Assembly (NCBI GenBank): GCA_963665125.2
Contig: CAXXUK010000001.1
Location: forward strand, 2,720,001 to 2,784,000
DNA from: an uncultured Desulfarculus sp.
GTDB taxonomy: Bacteria; Desulfobacterota; Desulfarculia; Desulfarculales; Desulfarculaceae
DNA length: 64,000 nucleotides
Direction of reading: 5' to 3'
Shown: positions 18,204 through 28,049 of the stretch, piece by piece
Layout: every line of letters begins with the position of its first letter
Position numbering within the stretch: the stretch's first letter is position 1
The notes under the pieces: model-generated
Database searches by the model: none
The model's input: only the letters and a program-made list of their open reading frames with translations
What the model was told of the DNA's origin: nothing
Program-made: the position numbers and the translations under genes

Positions 18204-19058
18204 TCAGTCTTGACTGTCGTCAGATTCCGCCGCTGCCTTGATCTCCATCAGGCGGCGGTAGACTTCCTTTCTTGTTTTGCCGGTGGCCTGGGCCACCTGC
18301 CTGGCCAGTTCGCTTGGGGCCGCGTCGCCCCGCTCCAGGCCCTGGCTGATAAGCCGGTCTATGTCTTCGGGTTCGGGCCGGGGCGGCTCGCCACCCCAAA
18401 CAACCAGGGTGTATTCGCCCTTGGCGCCGCTTTCCGGCGCCGTCCCGGCAAGCTGCGAACACGTGGTGTGCACCACCTGTTCGTGGATCTTGCTCAATTC
18501 CCTGGCCGCCATGACCGGCCGGTCTCCGGCCACCGCCAGCAGGTCTTCGGCCGTGCGGGCCAATCTGTGCGGTCCCTCGAATATAATCATCGGCCAGCCG
18601 GTTTGCACGGCCTGTTGCAAAACTTCCCGCCTGGCCCCCGTCTTTGGCGGCAAAAAACCGATAAGCACCACCGGCGACGGTTCCAACCCGGCCACGCTCA
18701 GGGCAGCGGCTGCCGCGCTGGGCCCCGGTATGGGGCACACCGCATGGCCGTTTTCCACGGCCCGGCGCACCACCACCGCGCCCGGATCGCTGATACCCGG
18801 CGTGCCCGCATCGGAGACCAGGGCCACGTCGCACCCCTGGCCCAACCAGGCGACCACCTCGTCGGCCGAGCGCTGCCGGTTGGCCTCCCGGCAGCTTATA
18901 ATCTTTTTGCCGCCCAGGCCCAGGTGGCTCAACAGCTTGCGGCTGCGGGCCACGCTCTCGGCCGCGATGACCTTGCACTGGGCCAGGGTCTCGGCCGCCC
19001 GAGGGCTCAAATCGCCCAGGTTGCCGATGGGCGTGGCCACCACGAAAAGCGTCGCCAC
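18204..19058 (-). CDS. rsmI: 16S rRNA (cytidine1402-2'-O)-methyltransferase RsmI
   Basis: VATPIGNLGD, SDAGTPGISDPG, PGPSA, RELSKIHE. Confidence 0.95.
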   Translation of the reverse strand: MATLFVVATPIGNLGDLSPRAAETLAQCKVIAAESVARSRKLLSHLGLGGKKIISCREANRQRSADEVVAWLGQGCDVALVSDAGTPGISDPGAVVVRRAVENGHAVCPIPGPSAAAAALSVAGLEPSPVVLIGFLPPKTGARREVLQQAVQTGWPMIIFEGPHRLARTAEDLLAVAGDRPVMAARELSKIHEQVVHTTCSQLAGTAPESGAKGEYTLVVWGGEPPRPEPEDIDRLISQGLERGDAAPSELARQVAQATGKTRKEVYRRLMEIKAAAESDDSQD

Positions 19059-19061
19059 GTT

Positions 19062-19412
19062 CTATTCCCCCGGCCTGAATGCGTCGCGCAGGTGTTCCAC
19101 CAGCGGCGGTCCGGCCTTGAAATCCACGCTGACCACGTCGAAGCGGCATTGGGGTTGGGCCTGCATTGCGGCCAGATACGCCCCGGCCGCCCTGGTCAGC
19201 CTGTCCCGCTTGCGGCGGTCCACCGCCTCCATGGGCCTGCCATATCTTATACCGCTACGGCCCTTAACCTCAACAAACACCAAAATTTCGCCGTCCCAGG
19301 CAACGATGTCCAACTCGCCGCCCTCGTTGCGCACATTGCGGCCCACCACCCGCAGCCCGCCGCGTTGCAGGTGAGCCGTGGCCAAGGCCTCGGCTTCGTC
19401 GCCCAAACGCAT
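19062..19412 (-). CDS. YraN family putative endonuclease
   Basis: GELDIVA, VFVEVKGR, RFDVV; downstream of rnhB. Confidence 0.9.
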   Translation of the reverse strand: MRLGDEAEALATAHLQRGGLRVVGRNVRNEGGELDIVAWDGEILVFVEVKGRSGIRYGRPMEAVDRRKRDRLTRAAGAYLAAMQAQPQCRFDVVSVDFKAGPPLVEHLRDAFRPGE

Positions 19413-19414
19413 CT

Positions 19415-20065
19415 CTAGCCCTCACCCCAGGCCAGGCCCATCTGGGCCACGGTGCCATAGCTGCGGCGGTGAATGGGGCACGGCCCGTGCTTTTCCAGAG
19501 CCTGCTTGTGTTCTGCGGTGGGGTAGCCCTTGTTGGACGCGAAATTATACTGCGGCCACTGCTGGTGCATGCGCATCATCAGGTTGTCGCGCTCCACCTT
19601 GGCCAGGATACTGGCCGCGGCAATGCAGCGACAGGCGGCGTCTCCACCAACAACAGCCTTTTGGGGCAGGTCAAAATCGATCGTGAATCGGCCGTCTATC
19701 AAAAGAAAATCGGGCGAGGAGGAAAGCTGCTCCACCGCCCTACGCATGGCCAACAACGATGCGTGGTGTATGTTGATGCGGTCGATCTCCTCCGGCTGGG
19801 CCATGGCGATGGAATAAACGACATCGCCGCCCCGCAGCACGGCCGAGAGTTCCTCCCGTCGCTTTGCGCTAAGGCGTTTGGAATCGTCCACGCCGGGGTC
19901 TTGCCACCCGAAGGGTAAAATAACGGCGGCGGCCACCACAGGCCCGGCCAGCGGACCGCGTCCGGCCTCGTCAACACCGGCCACGCGCCAAAAGCCATCG
20001 GCGCGCAGCCGTTCTTCGATGTCACCGGCCTCGCGGCCAGTCCGGGAGACGGCCGCCGCGCACAC
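19415..20065 (-). CDS. rnhB: Ribonuclease HII
   Basis: GVDEAGRGPLAGPV, DSKRL, AASILAKV, KGYPT, HRRSY. Confidence 0.96.
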   Translation of the reverse strand: MCAAAVSRTGREAGDIEERLRADGFWRVAGVDEAGRGPLAGPVVAAAVILPFGWQDPGVDDSKRLSAKRREELSAVLRGGDVVYSIAMAQPEEIDRINIHHASLLAMRRAVEQLSSSPDFLLIDGRFTIDFDLPQKAVVGGDAACRCIAAASILAKVERDNLMMRMHQQWPQYNFASNKGYPTAEHKQALEKHGPCPIHRRSYGTVAQMGLAWGEG

Positions 20066-20067
20066 GG

Positions 20068-20418
20068 TTAGTCGCGCCCCCGCTCCTTGAGCCGGGCGGC
20101 TTTACCGCGCAGGCCGCGCAGGTAGTAGATACGGCCCTGGCGAACCTTGGCCCTGGTAACCACCTCGACGCGGTCGATCGTCGGCGAATGAACCGGGAAG
20201 ACACGCTCCACGCCCACGCCGTAGGAAATCTTGCGCACGGTGAAGGTCTCGCCGGCACCACCGCCGCGGCGGCGCAGAACCACACCCTCGTAAACCTGGA
20301 TGCGCTCTTTTTCACCCTCTTTGATCCGCACGTGGACCCTTACCGTATCGCCACCGCGAAATTCCGGAATATCGACGCGTTGTTGCTCTCGCTCGAGCAT
20401 TTCGATGGCGTCCATCAC
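20068..20418 (-). CDS. rplS: 50S ribosomal protein L19
   Basis: [32 protein letters not shown]. Confidence 0.98.
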   Translation of the reverse strand: MMDAIEMLEREQQRVDIPEFRGGDTVRVHVRIKEGEKERIQVYEGVVLRRRGGGAGETFTVRKISYGVGVERVFPVHSPTIDRVEVVTRAKVRQGRIYYLRGLRGKAARLKERGRD

Positions 20419-20497
20419 TCCACACTCCCATCAACTGCGCCGGTTATTTCGGCGCCTTGTTCGCTTAATCAGCGCCCAGTTCGGGCGACTGCAATAT

Positions 20498-21235
20498 TTA
20501 TCGTATATCTTCGGCCCGCGCCACCTCATCCAGCAGCGCCAGGTCTTTTTCACTCAAATTGGCGGCTTTTATCAAATCGGGCCGCCGTTTTTTTGTCCGC
20601 AGCAGCGACATGCCCCGCCGCCAGCGTTCGATGGCCCCGTGATTGCCGCTGGTCAGCACCTCGGGCACGGCCATGCCCCTGAACTCCGGCGGCCGCGTGT
20701 AATGGGGGTGCTCCAGTAAGCCGTCGCTGAAACTGTCCAGGGCCGCCGAGTCGTCGGCGCCCAACACCCCAGGCAAAAGCCGACTCACCGCGTCGATGAC
20801 GCACAAGGCGGCCAGTTCGCCGCCGGAGATCACAAAGTCGCCCAAGGAGATTTCGCGGTCCACTTTCAACCGGCGGAACCGCTCGTCCACGCCCTCGTAG
20901 CGGCCGCAGACCAAAATCAGCCTCTGCTCGGCGGCCAGTTCACTGGCCATGGCCTGATCAAAGGCGTCGCCCTGGGGCGAGAGCAAAATCACCGGCCCCG
21001 GCGGATCGGCGGGAAGGCCTTCCACCGCCCGGCACAGCGGACCGGCCATCATGACCATGCCGCTGCCGCCTCCATAGGGCGTGTCATCCACGGTGTGGTG
21101 CTTATCCTCGGCAAAGTCGCGGATATTTGTCGCCCGCACCGTGATCAACCCGGCCTTTTGGGCCCGGCCCAAAATCGAGGCCCCGGCGTAAGCGTCGCAG
21201 ACCTCGGGGAAAAGCGTCAATACATCGAAAATCAT
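20498..21235 (-). CDS. trmD: tRNA (guanine37-N1)-methyltransferase TrmD
   Basis: [39 protein letters not shown]. Confidence 0.97.
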   Translation of the reverse strand: MIFDVLTLFPEVCDAYAGASILGRAQKAGLITVRATNIRDFAEDKHHTVDDTPYGGGSGMVMMAGPLCRAVEGLPADPPGPVILLSPQGDAFDQAMASELAAEQRLILVCGRYEGVDERFRRLKVDREISLGDFVISGGELAALCVIDAVSRLLPGVLGADDSAALDSFSDGLLEHPHYTRPPEFRGMAVPEVLTSGNHGAIERWRRGMSLLRTKKRRPDLIKAANLSEKDLALLDEVARAEDIR

Positions 21236-21264
21236 TTACACACCGGAAGTCCCCCGGCCGGTTT

Positions 21265-21798
21265 CTATTCCCAGCCCTGGGCCTCCAGCAGGCCTTCGGG
21301 CGGGTCCACCACAACCTTGCCGCCGGCGGTGTCGACCTCCAGCAAAACGCCTTCGATCAACGGAATCAGGGCCTCCCGACCGCCTTCGCCCCGCACGACC
21401 ATCATGTCGTGGGCGTTGGTTTCGGTCAGGGCGTGCACCGTGCCCAGCCGTCCGCCTCCGGCGTCGAAAACCTCGGCGCCGATGACCTCGTGCCAGTAGA
21501 ACTCGTCATCGGCGGGCGGAGGCATATCCTCGGCCCGGATATAGATCCAGGCCCCGCCCGTCTCGGCGGCCTGCTCGCGGGTGGTGACGCCTTCCAGGCT
21601 CATCAGCAGTCTTCCGCCGTGCTCACGCATGGACAAAAGCCTGCGGGGCTTGGCCCGCTGGGGGTCCGGGCCGAAATAAACGGCTGCGGCTCCCAGAAAC
21701 AACTCGGGGTCATCGGCAAAGGAACTAACCTTGACCTCGCCCTTAAGCCCGTAAGCTCCCGCCGAGCGGCCCATTACAACCAGCTTGGCAGGGGGCAT
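21265..21798 (-). CDS. rimM: Ribosome maturation factor RimM
   Basis: GAYGLKGEV, EFYWHEVIG, ALIP, PPEGLL; operon position. Confidence 0.93.
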   Translation of the reverse strand: MPPAKLVVMGRSAGAYGLKGEVKVSSFADDPELFLGAAAVYFGPDPQRAKPRRLLSMREHGGRLLMSLEGVTTREQAAETGGAWIYIRAEDMPPPADDEFYWHEVIGAEVFDAGGGRLGTVHALTETNAHDMMVVRGEGGREALIPLIEGVLLEVDTAGGKVVVDPPEGLLEAQGWE

Positions 21799-21800
21799 TT

Positions 21801-22031
21801 TTATTCGATGATCTCCAGCACCGACCGTTTTCGGATCTTGGTCGAGGCCGCACTCAAGATGGTGCGCATGGCCCGGGCCGTGCGGCCCTGCTTGCCAATG
21901 ACCTTGCCCAAGTCCTCCTTGGCCACCTTTAGTTCGATCACCGAGGTTTGTTCACCTTCTATTTCACTGACTTCAACCTGCTCCGGGTTGTCTACCAGCG
22001 CCTGCGCAATGTACTTGATCAGCTCCTTCAT
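21801..22031 (-). CDS. khpA: KH-domain RNA-binding protein (KhpA/YlqC)
   Basis: [18 protein letters not shown]; between rpsP and rimM. Confidence 0.93.
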   Translation of the reverse strand: MKELIKYIAQALVDNPEQVEVSEIEGEQTSVIELKVAKEDLGKVIGKQGRTARAMRTILSAASTKIRKRSVLEIIE

Positions 22032-22112
22032 AGAGCACCTCCTCCGGGGTCGCAGTGGTATGAACGGTGGCTAAAAACCACGGTAGATCAAACTCGAACG
22101 ACAAACGCCGAA

Positions 22113-22382
22113 TTAAGCGCTGGCCGCCTCTCCCTTGCCGGGCATCAAATCCCTGGCCTTGAGCAGGCTGGCTACGGTGTCGGAGCACTGAGCGCCCTGA
22201 TCGAGCCATTTCTGCAATACTTCGGCTTTGATGTTGACAGCCGCCGGGTCCTGGTTGGGATCATAGGTGCCCACGATCTCCAGGAAACGGCCATCGCGCT
22301 TGGCCTCGCTGTCGGCCGCCACGATGCGGTAGAAGGGTTTCTTTTTCGAGCCCATGCGGGTCAGTCTAATGCGTACAGACAT
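22113..22382 (-). CDS. rpsP: 30S ribosomal protein S16
   Basis: [32 protein letters not shown]. Confidence 0.98.
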   Translation of the reverse strand: MSVRIRLTRMGSKKKPFYRIVAADSEAKRDGRFLEIVGTYDPNQDPAAVNIKAEVLQKWLDQGAQCSDTVASLLKARDLMPGKGEAASA

Positions 22383-22435
22383 TTTCTCGTGTTTCCGATG
22401 CGTTTTGGTTGCCGCTGAACCTGTTGTCAATAAAT

Positions 22436-23773
22436 TTACATGGACGTAAGCAGCCGTTTAAGGCCCTTGCGCTTACCGCCCATCTTGCTCATTTGCTTCA
22501 TCATTTTTCTCGCCTGGTTGAAGTTTTTCAACAGGCGGTTAACTTCCGCCACCGTCGTGCCCGAGCCCTTGGCAATACGTTTGCGCCGCGAGGCGTTGAT
22601 GATCGCCGGTTTGGCCCTTTCGCCGGGGGTCATCGAACTGATGATGGCCTCGACGCGCACGATCTCTTTTTCATCTGGCTGCATGTTCTTGAGCTCTTTG
22701 AGCTTGCCTGCGCCCGGAAGCATCTTGAGTATCGACTCCATGGACCCGAGCTTTTTGATCTGTCTGATCTGCTCCCGGAAGTCCTCCAGGTCGAACTCGT
22801 TTTTGGCCATCTTTTTGGCCAGGGCGTCGGCTTTTTCCCGCTCGATGCCCGCCGCGGCCTTTTCCACCAGGCTGAGCACGTCGCCCATGCCCAGGATGCG
22901 TCCGGCCATGCGGTCGGGGTGGAAAAGCTCCAGGGCGTCGAGTTTTTCGCCCACGCCCATGAGCTTGAGCGGCACGCCCGTCACCGCCCTGATCGACAGC
23001 GCCGCGCCGCCGCGGGCGTCACCCTCGACCTTGGTCAGAACCGCGCCGGTGAGCCCCAGCTTTTCGTGGAAGCTCTCGGCCACGTTCACGGCGTCCTGGC
23101 CGGTCATGGCGTCGGCCACAAGAAGCACCTCCGACGGCTGGAGCTTGGACTTAATCCGCTGAAGCTCTGCCATCAGGGGCTCGTCTATGTGCAGGCGTCC
23201 GGCAGTGTCCAGGATAAGTACGTCGCAGCCCTCACGGGATGCCGTGGACAACGCGTGGACGCATATTTCAACCGGGTCGCCGCCGGGGTTGCTGTCGTGC
23301 ACCGGCACGCCGACCTGGGAACCGAGCGTCTTGAGCTGGGCTATGGCCGCGGGCCGCTGCACGTCGGCGGGCACCAAAAGCGGCTTTTTGCCGGCCTTCT
23401 TGAGCATGCGGGCCAGTTTGCCCGCCGTGGTGGTCTTACCGGCGCCCTGCAGGCCCACCATCATCAGCACGTGGGGCGTGCGGCCACTCAGATCCAGGGG
23501 CTCGGCCTCGCCGCCCATCAGCGCGGTCAGCTCTTCCTGGACGATCTTGACGACCATCTGGGCAGGAGTGAGGCTCTTCATCACGTCCTGGCCCACGGCC
23601 CGCTGGCGAACTCCAGCTATGAAGTCCTTGGCGACCTTGTAGTTGACGTCGGCTTCCAGCAATGCCAGGCGGACTTCTCGCATGGCGTCGGCAATATTCT
23701 TTTCAGATAATTTGCCGTGCCCTTTGAGTTTCTTGAATGTATCAGCCAGGCGATCGCTGAGATTATCGAACAT
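22436..23773 (-). CDS. ffh: Signal recognition particle protein Ffh
   Basis: [24 protein letters not shown], Met-rich M domain. Confidence 0.98.
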   Translation of the reverse strand: MFDNLSDRLADTFKKLKGHGKLSEKNIADAMREVRLALLEADVNYKVAKDFIAGVRQRAVGQDVMKSLTPAQMVVKIVQEELTALMGGEAEPLDLSGRTPHVLMMVGLQGAGKTTTAGKLARMLKKAGKKPLLVPADVQRPAAIAQLKTLGSQVGVPVHDSNPGGDPVEICVHALSTASREGCDVLILDTAGRLHIDEPLMAELQRIKSKLQPSEVLLVADAMTGQDAVNVAESFHEKLGLTGAVLTKVEGDARGGAALSIRAVTGVPLKLMGVGEKLDALELFHPDRMAGRILGMGDVLSLVEKAAAGIEREKADALAKKMAKNEFDLEDFREQIRQIKKLGSMESILKMLPGAGKLKELKNMQPDEKEIVRVEAIISSMTPGERAKPAIINASRRKRIAKGSGTTVAEVNRLLKNFNQARKMMKQMSKMGGKRKGLKRLLTSM

Positions 23774-23855
23774 CAGCCGTCATTTCCACTCATTTCAAGA
23801 ACCGCTGTAAAAAGGCGCACCACGCCCGTCTGCGGACAAGCCCACAAAGATGGGG

Positions 23856-23884
23856 ATTATATGGGAAGCCTGGTTCGCCGTCAA
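23856..23884 (-). promoter_or_regulatory. Sigma70 promoter of the ffh-rpsP operon
   Basis: Minus strand TTGACG-17nt-TATAAT. Confidence 0.8.
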
Positions 23885-24023
23885 CTGGCCCACTTTCTTT
23901 TTGCCGATTTTATTAAGCCAGCTTGTGAATTAATAATAGCACCCGACCAACTAGGCTTTCAATTGCTTGTTGCCACGGGCAAGCCGCGGTCATAAAATTC
24001 CCCAAGCTTCAAGGGAGTCTTCT

Positions 24024-25067
24024 ATGTCTGATCCATCTTCACTATTATGCCTCGACGTGGGCGGCGGAACACAAGACATTCTTTTCTATGATCCAGCCCA
24101 GCCCATTGAAAACGCACTCAAAATGGTCTTGCCTTCGCCCACCGTGGCCGTTGGCCGGGCCATTGCCGGGGCCACGGCGCAAGGCAAGGCGGTTTTCCTG
24201 GCCGGTTCGCTGATGGGCGGCGGGGCCATGAGCCGGGCCATCAAACAGCACCTGGCCGCCGGGCTGGCGGCCTACGCCGAGCCGGGCGCCGCGGCCAGCC
24301 TACACGACAACCCGGACCGCGTGCGGGCCATGGGCGTGATCATCACCAGCAAGCCGCCAGCCCTGGCCGCCCATATCCAAACCGGCGACATCATGCTCGG
24401 CGAATTGCGGGGCGTCTGCACCTCGTTCGGCATCGACATGCCCGCCCAACTGGCCGTCGCCCTGTGCGATCACGGTTTCAGCCCCGATGAATCCAACCGG
24501 CGTTTCCGCTTCCGCATATGGGAGAATTTCCTGGCCTCCGGCGGCGACCTGGCCGGGCTGATCAGCGCCGACCCGCCCCAAAGCCAGAGCCGGCTGCGGG
24601 CGGCCATGGCCGTCTGGCCCGGCTGCCTGGTCATGGACACCGCCGCGGCGGCGGCCTGGGGCGCCCTCCAGGACCCGGCAGTGGCCGAGCGCGCCGCCGC
24701 TGGCCTGTGCATCGTCAACATGGGCAATGAACACACCGTGGCCTTTTTGATCAAAGACCGCAGGGTGTGGTCCATCTACGAGCACCACACCGGCCTGTTG
24801 GACGCGACCAAGCTTGCCGGGCACATGGAGCGGTTCATCCGGGGCGAAATTTCAAACGACGAAATATTCGACGACAACGGCCACGGCTGCGCCCGCATTG
24901 ACGGCGCGCCCACGTCCGTATCCGGGCCCATCGTCCTCACCGGCCCCCGCCGGGCCATGGCCGCAGGGCTGGGCTGGCAAACGGCCTGCCCCCACGGCGA
25001 CGTGATGCTTTCGGGCTGCTTCGGCCTGTTGGCCGCCGCCCTTGACCGCCAGGGAACGGCCATCTAA
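24024..25067 (+). CDS. DUF1786 family protein (ASKHA-like fold)
   Basis: LDVGGGTQD, KMVLPSPT, DHGFSP..SNR, NMGNEHT, EHHT, GDVMLSGCFGL. Confidence 0.8.
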   Translation: MSDPSSLLCLDVGGGTQDILFYDPAQPIENALKMVLPSPTVAVGRAIAGATAQGKAVFLAGSLMGGGAMSRAIKQHLAAGLAAYAEPGAAASLHDNPDRVRAMGVIITSKPPALAAHIQTGDIMLGELRGVCTSFGIDMPAQLAVALCDHGFSPDESNRRFRFRIWENFLASGGDLAGLISADPPQSQSRLRAAMAVWPGCLVMDTAAAAAWGALQDPAVAERAAAGLCIVNMGNEHTVAFLIKDRRVWSIYEHHTGLLDATKLAGHMERFIRGEISNDEIFDDNGHGCARIDGAPTSVSGPIVLTGPRRAMAAGLGWQTACPHGDVMLSGCFGLLAAALDRQGTAI

Positions 25068-25874
25068 ATGAGCAACACCATCCCCGCCGCATATGAGCGC
25101 CAGCTGGGCTTTGTGAGCCCCGAGGAGCAACAGTTCCTGGACCGCTCGGGCGTGGCCGTCATCGGCCTGGGCGGGGTGGGCGGCGTGGCCGCCGAGCTTT
25201 TGGTCCGGGCGGGTGTGGGCAAACTCAGCGTCTGCGATGGCGATGTGTTCGAGGCCTCCAACCTCAACCGCCAGGTTGGCTCCACCACGGCGAACCTGGG
25301 CCAGCCCAAGACCGACGCCATGGCCCAGCGCCTGCTGGCCGTAAACCCAGCCCTTGAGTTGTATGTGCTGCCTCCGGCGGCCTCCCCGGACTGGCGGGAT
25401 GAACTGCTCGCCGGACATGCGGCGATCGTCCAGGCCGCCGACGCGAGCCGGGCCTCCCTAGCCGTGCTGCGGGCCGGGCGCTCCCTGGGCATCCCCATGT
25501 TGGAGGCCGTGGCCTTGCCCGTGGTGCAGGTGCGGGCCTTCAAACCGGACGGCCCGGATCCCGAGGAGGGCATGGCCACCATGGGCCGTCCCCTGGCCGA
25601 TTTCAGCGACGACGATATCGCCTCGGCCCAGGCCAACAGCCCGCTGTCGGCCTGGATCGACGGCCAGGGCGAGCCCCTGGGCCTGAGCCCGGACATGCTC
25701 CTGGCCACGGCCCAAGGCCGCGCGGCCCGGGGGTTCGGGCCCCATGTCTGGATAGCCGGGGCCCTGGCCGCCTTGGAAACCATTAAAATCATCCTGGGCC
25801 GCGGCAAGATCGCCTGGCATCCCGGCAAAGCCGCTCTGGACCCTTGCTTATGGCAACTTTTCTTGGCATCCTGA
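25068..25874 (+). CDS. ThiF/MoeB/E1-like adenylyltransferase family protein
   Basis: IGLGGVG, DGDVFEASNLNRQ, NP motifs. Confidence 0.85.
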   Translation: MSNTIPAAYERQLGFVSPEEQQFLDRSGVAVIGLGGVGGVAAELLVRAGVGKLSVCDGDVFEASNLNRQVGSTTANLGQPKTDAMAQRLLAVNPALELYVLPPAASPDWRDELLAGHAAIVQAADASRASLAVLRAGRSLGIPMLEAVALPVVQVRAFKPDGPDPEEGMATMGRPLADFSDDDIASAQANSPLSAWIDGQGEPLGLSPDMLLATAQGRAARGFGPHVWIAGALAALETIKIILGRGKIAWHPGKAALDPCLWQLFLAS

Positions 25875-25877
25875 GCC

Positions 25878-27662
25878 ATGCTTACTTATCTGCACATAGA
25901 AAATTTCGCGCTCATCGACCGGCTTGAGCTGGAGTTCGGCCCCGGCCTTTCAGTGCTCAGCGGCGAGACCGGCGCGGGCAAGTCCATCATCCTGGCGGCA
26001 ATGGGCCTGATCCTGGGCCAGCGGGCCGCCGCCGACCTGATCCGCCAAGGCGCGGACCAGGCCGTTGTGGAAGCCGTCTTCCAGGTCGAAGAAAACGGCC
26101 CCATCGCCGACATCCTGGCCGACGAGTTGAACAACGGTCTGGAGCCCGGCGGCGAGTTGATCATCCGCCGGGTGGTCAACCGCGAGGGCCGCAACCGGGT
26201 GCAGATATGCGGCGCATTGGCCACTCTGGCCCTGCTGGGCCGCCTGGGCCCCGAACTGGTCAGCGTTGTGGGCCAGCACGACTCGGCCTCCCTCTTGAAG
26301 CCGGACCAGCATCTGGCCCTGCTTGACGCCTTTGGCGGCCTGGAAAAGCAGCACGCCGAAGTTGCCGAAGCGGTGAAGGCAGTCAAGGTCATCGACCGCC
26401 AGATCCGCCATCTCAAGGACGAACTGGAGGCCCGCCGCCGCCGCAAGGACGATCTCGATCACACGGTCAAGGAATTGGAAGCCGCGGCGCTGAATCCGGC
26501 CGAGGAAGACGACCTGCGGACCGAGCGCGATCTCTTGGCCAACTCCGAGCTGGTGGGCCGCCTTAGCCGCGAGGCCCACAACGGCCTCTACGCCGCCGAT
26601 GGCTCCATCCTGGAATACATGGGCAAGGTCAAGGCCCTGCTGGAAGACCTGGCCGCCGTTGACGAGCGGGCCAAGGGCATGTCCGGCCGGGGCGAGGAGC
26701 TGTATTACCTCCTGGAGGACCTGGCCGCCGACGTGCGCACCTACAACGAGCGCCTCAACTTCGACCCCGGCCGCCTGGATTGGCTGGAGGGCCGTCTTCA
26801 CCAGATCCAGCGCATCACCCGCAAGTACGGCGGCGACTCCCACGGCGCCCTGCAAACCCTGGCCGAGGCCAAACGGGAGCTGGAAAGCCTGGAGACCGGC
26901 GACCAGCAACTGGCCGATATGGCCAAGCAGCGCCAGGTGGCCCTGAACGAGGCCGTGGAGCTGGCCGAAAAGCTGAGCACGGCCCGCCGCCAGGCCGCCG
27001 CCAGGCTGGCCGAGGCGGTTATCGGCGAACTGGCCCATTTGGGCATGGACCAGTGCCGCTTTGAAGCCGACTTCCCGGCCCCGGCCGGCGGAACCCTGGA
27101 CACGCCCCAGGGCCCGCTGTCCAGCCAGGGCCTGGAGACCTGCGAATTCCTCATCGCGCCCAACCCAGGCGAGGGCTTGCGGCGTTTGGCCCGCATCGCC
27201 AGCGGCGGCGAGCTTTCCCGCCTGCTTTTGGCCCTGCGCGGCGTGGTGGCCCGCAAGATGGGCATGCCCACCATGGTCTTCGACGAGGTCGACGCCGGAG
27301 TGGGCGGAGCCACCGGCGCGGCCATCGGCCGCAAGCTGGCCGCCCTCAGCTCCGGGGCCCAGGTCATCTGTATCACCCATCTGCCCCAGATAGCCGCCTG
27401 GGCCGACCGCCACATCGCCGTTCAAAAGCAGGTCTCCGACGGACGCACGGCCACGGCCCTGACCGCCCTGGACGACCAGGGCCGCCTGGACGAACTGGCC
27501 CGCATGCTGGCCGGGCCAGACGGCAAGGCCAGCGCCATGGAGCACGCCGCCAGCCTGCTGCAAGCCTCGGCCAGGGAGAAGGCCCAGGGCCTGGGTTCCC
27601 ATATCGCGGGCACCCAATGCTTGGGTTCCCATATCGCGGGCAGCACTCAAAGCCCCAAATAA
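25878..27662 (+). CDS. recN: DNA repair protein RecN; C-terminus extended by a repeat element
   Basis: GETGAGKS Walker A, ASGGELSR, FDEVDAG, ITHLPQIA. Confidence 0.96.
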   Translation: MLTYLHIENFALIDRLELEFGPGLSVLSGETGAGKSIILAAMGLILGQRAAADLIRQGADQAVVEAVFQVEENGPIADILADELNNGLEPGGELIIRRVVNREGRNRVQICGALATLALLGRLGPELVSVVGQHDSASLLKPDQHLALLDAFGGLEKQHAEVAEAVKAVKVIDRQIRHLKDELEARRRRKDDLDHTVKELEAAALNPAEEDDLRTERDLLANSELVGRLSREAHNGLYAADGSILEYMGKVKALLEDLAAVDERAKGMSGRGEELYYLLEDLAADVRTYNERLNFDPGRLDWLEGRLHQIQRITRKYGGDSHGALQTLAEAKRELESLETGDQQLADMAKQRQVALNEAVELAEKLSTARRQAAARLAEAVIGELAHLGMDQCRFEADFPAPAGGTLDTPQGPLSSQGLETCEFLIAPNPGEGLRRLARIASGGELSRLLLALRGVVARKMGMPTMVFDEVDAGVGGATGAAIGRKLAALSSGAQVICITHLPQIAAWADRHIAVQKQVSDGRTATALTALDDQGRLDELARMLAGPDGKASAMEHAASLLQASAREKAQGLGSHIAGTQCLGSHIAGSTQSPK

Positions 27663-27945
27663 ACCCCAGTGGCCCCGGCCGGACACCCTCATGATGGCAA
27701 TGTCGTGCGTTACAGATAGGCCGCCCAGGACGGGCGGCCCGGCGAACTGCCGTGCAGCGAGCCGTAAGCCTCGGGCTTGATTCACTCAGCCCGAGGCGCT
27801 GTTCTTCTGACCAAGGATGGCCAGAAAATCAAGGGATAGCACCCTTGGCCCAAGGACGGGCCAAGTAACAAGAAATAGCCCAATGCTTGGGCTCCCATAT
27901 CGCGGGCAGGGTCTAACGCCTGAATAAACCACAGTGGCCCCGGCC
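27583..27945 (+). repeat. Array A of the ~260-bp multi-hairpin repeat: 30-bp duplicated end, one full unit, one partial unit
   Basis: Contains CCCAATGCTTGGG..CCATATCGCGGGCAG, AATAAACCCCAGTGGCCCCGGCC, GCCGTAAGCCTCGGG..TGATTCA.TCAGCCCGAGGCGCTGTT; reverse complement of 37850-38442. Confidence 0.92.
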
Positions 27946-27985
27946 GTGTCTCAAGGTCATAAAGCACACCTTTAGCCTCATTTTA

Positions 27986-28030
27986 GTTGACTTCGCAACT
28001 TATTCGGGCCATATTGGTTGCGATGTCAAC
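27986..28030 (+). promoter_or_regulatory. marR promoter with two inverted operator boxes
   Basis: TTGACT-17nt-CATATT; GTTGACTTCGCAAC (27986-27999) and GTTGCGATGTCAAC (28017-28030) are 13/14 identical when one is reverse-complemented. Confidence 0.72.
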
Positions 28031-28049
28031 AATGATGAGGGCAAAGCCG

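Noticed and set aside
25950..27785. Long antisense ORFs (611 aa here; likewise 35995-37929, 18009-19418, 61834-63339, 42765-44042, 22409-23710)
   Set aside because: Shadow frames opposite well-recognised genes, expected in GC-rich DNA; no recognisable motifs
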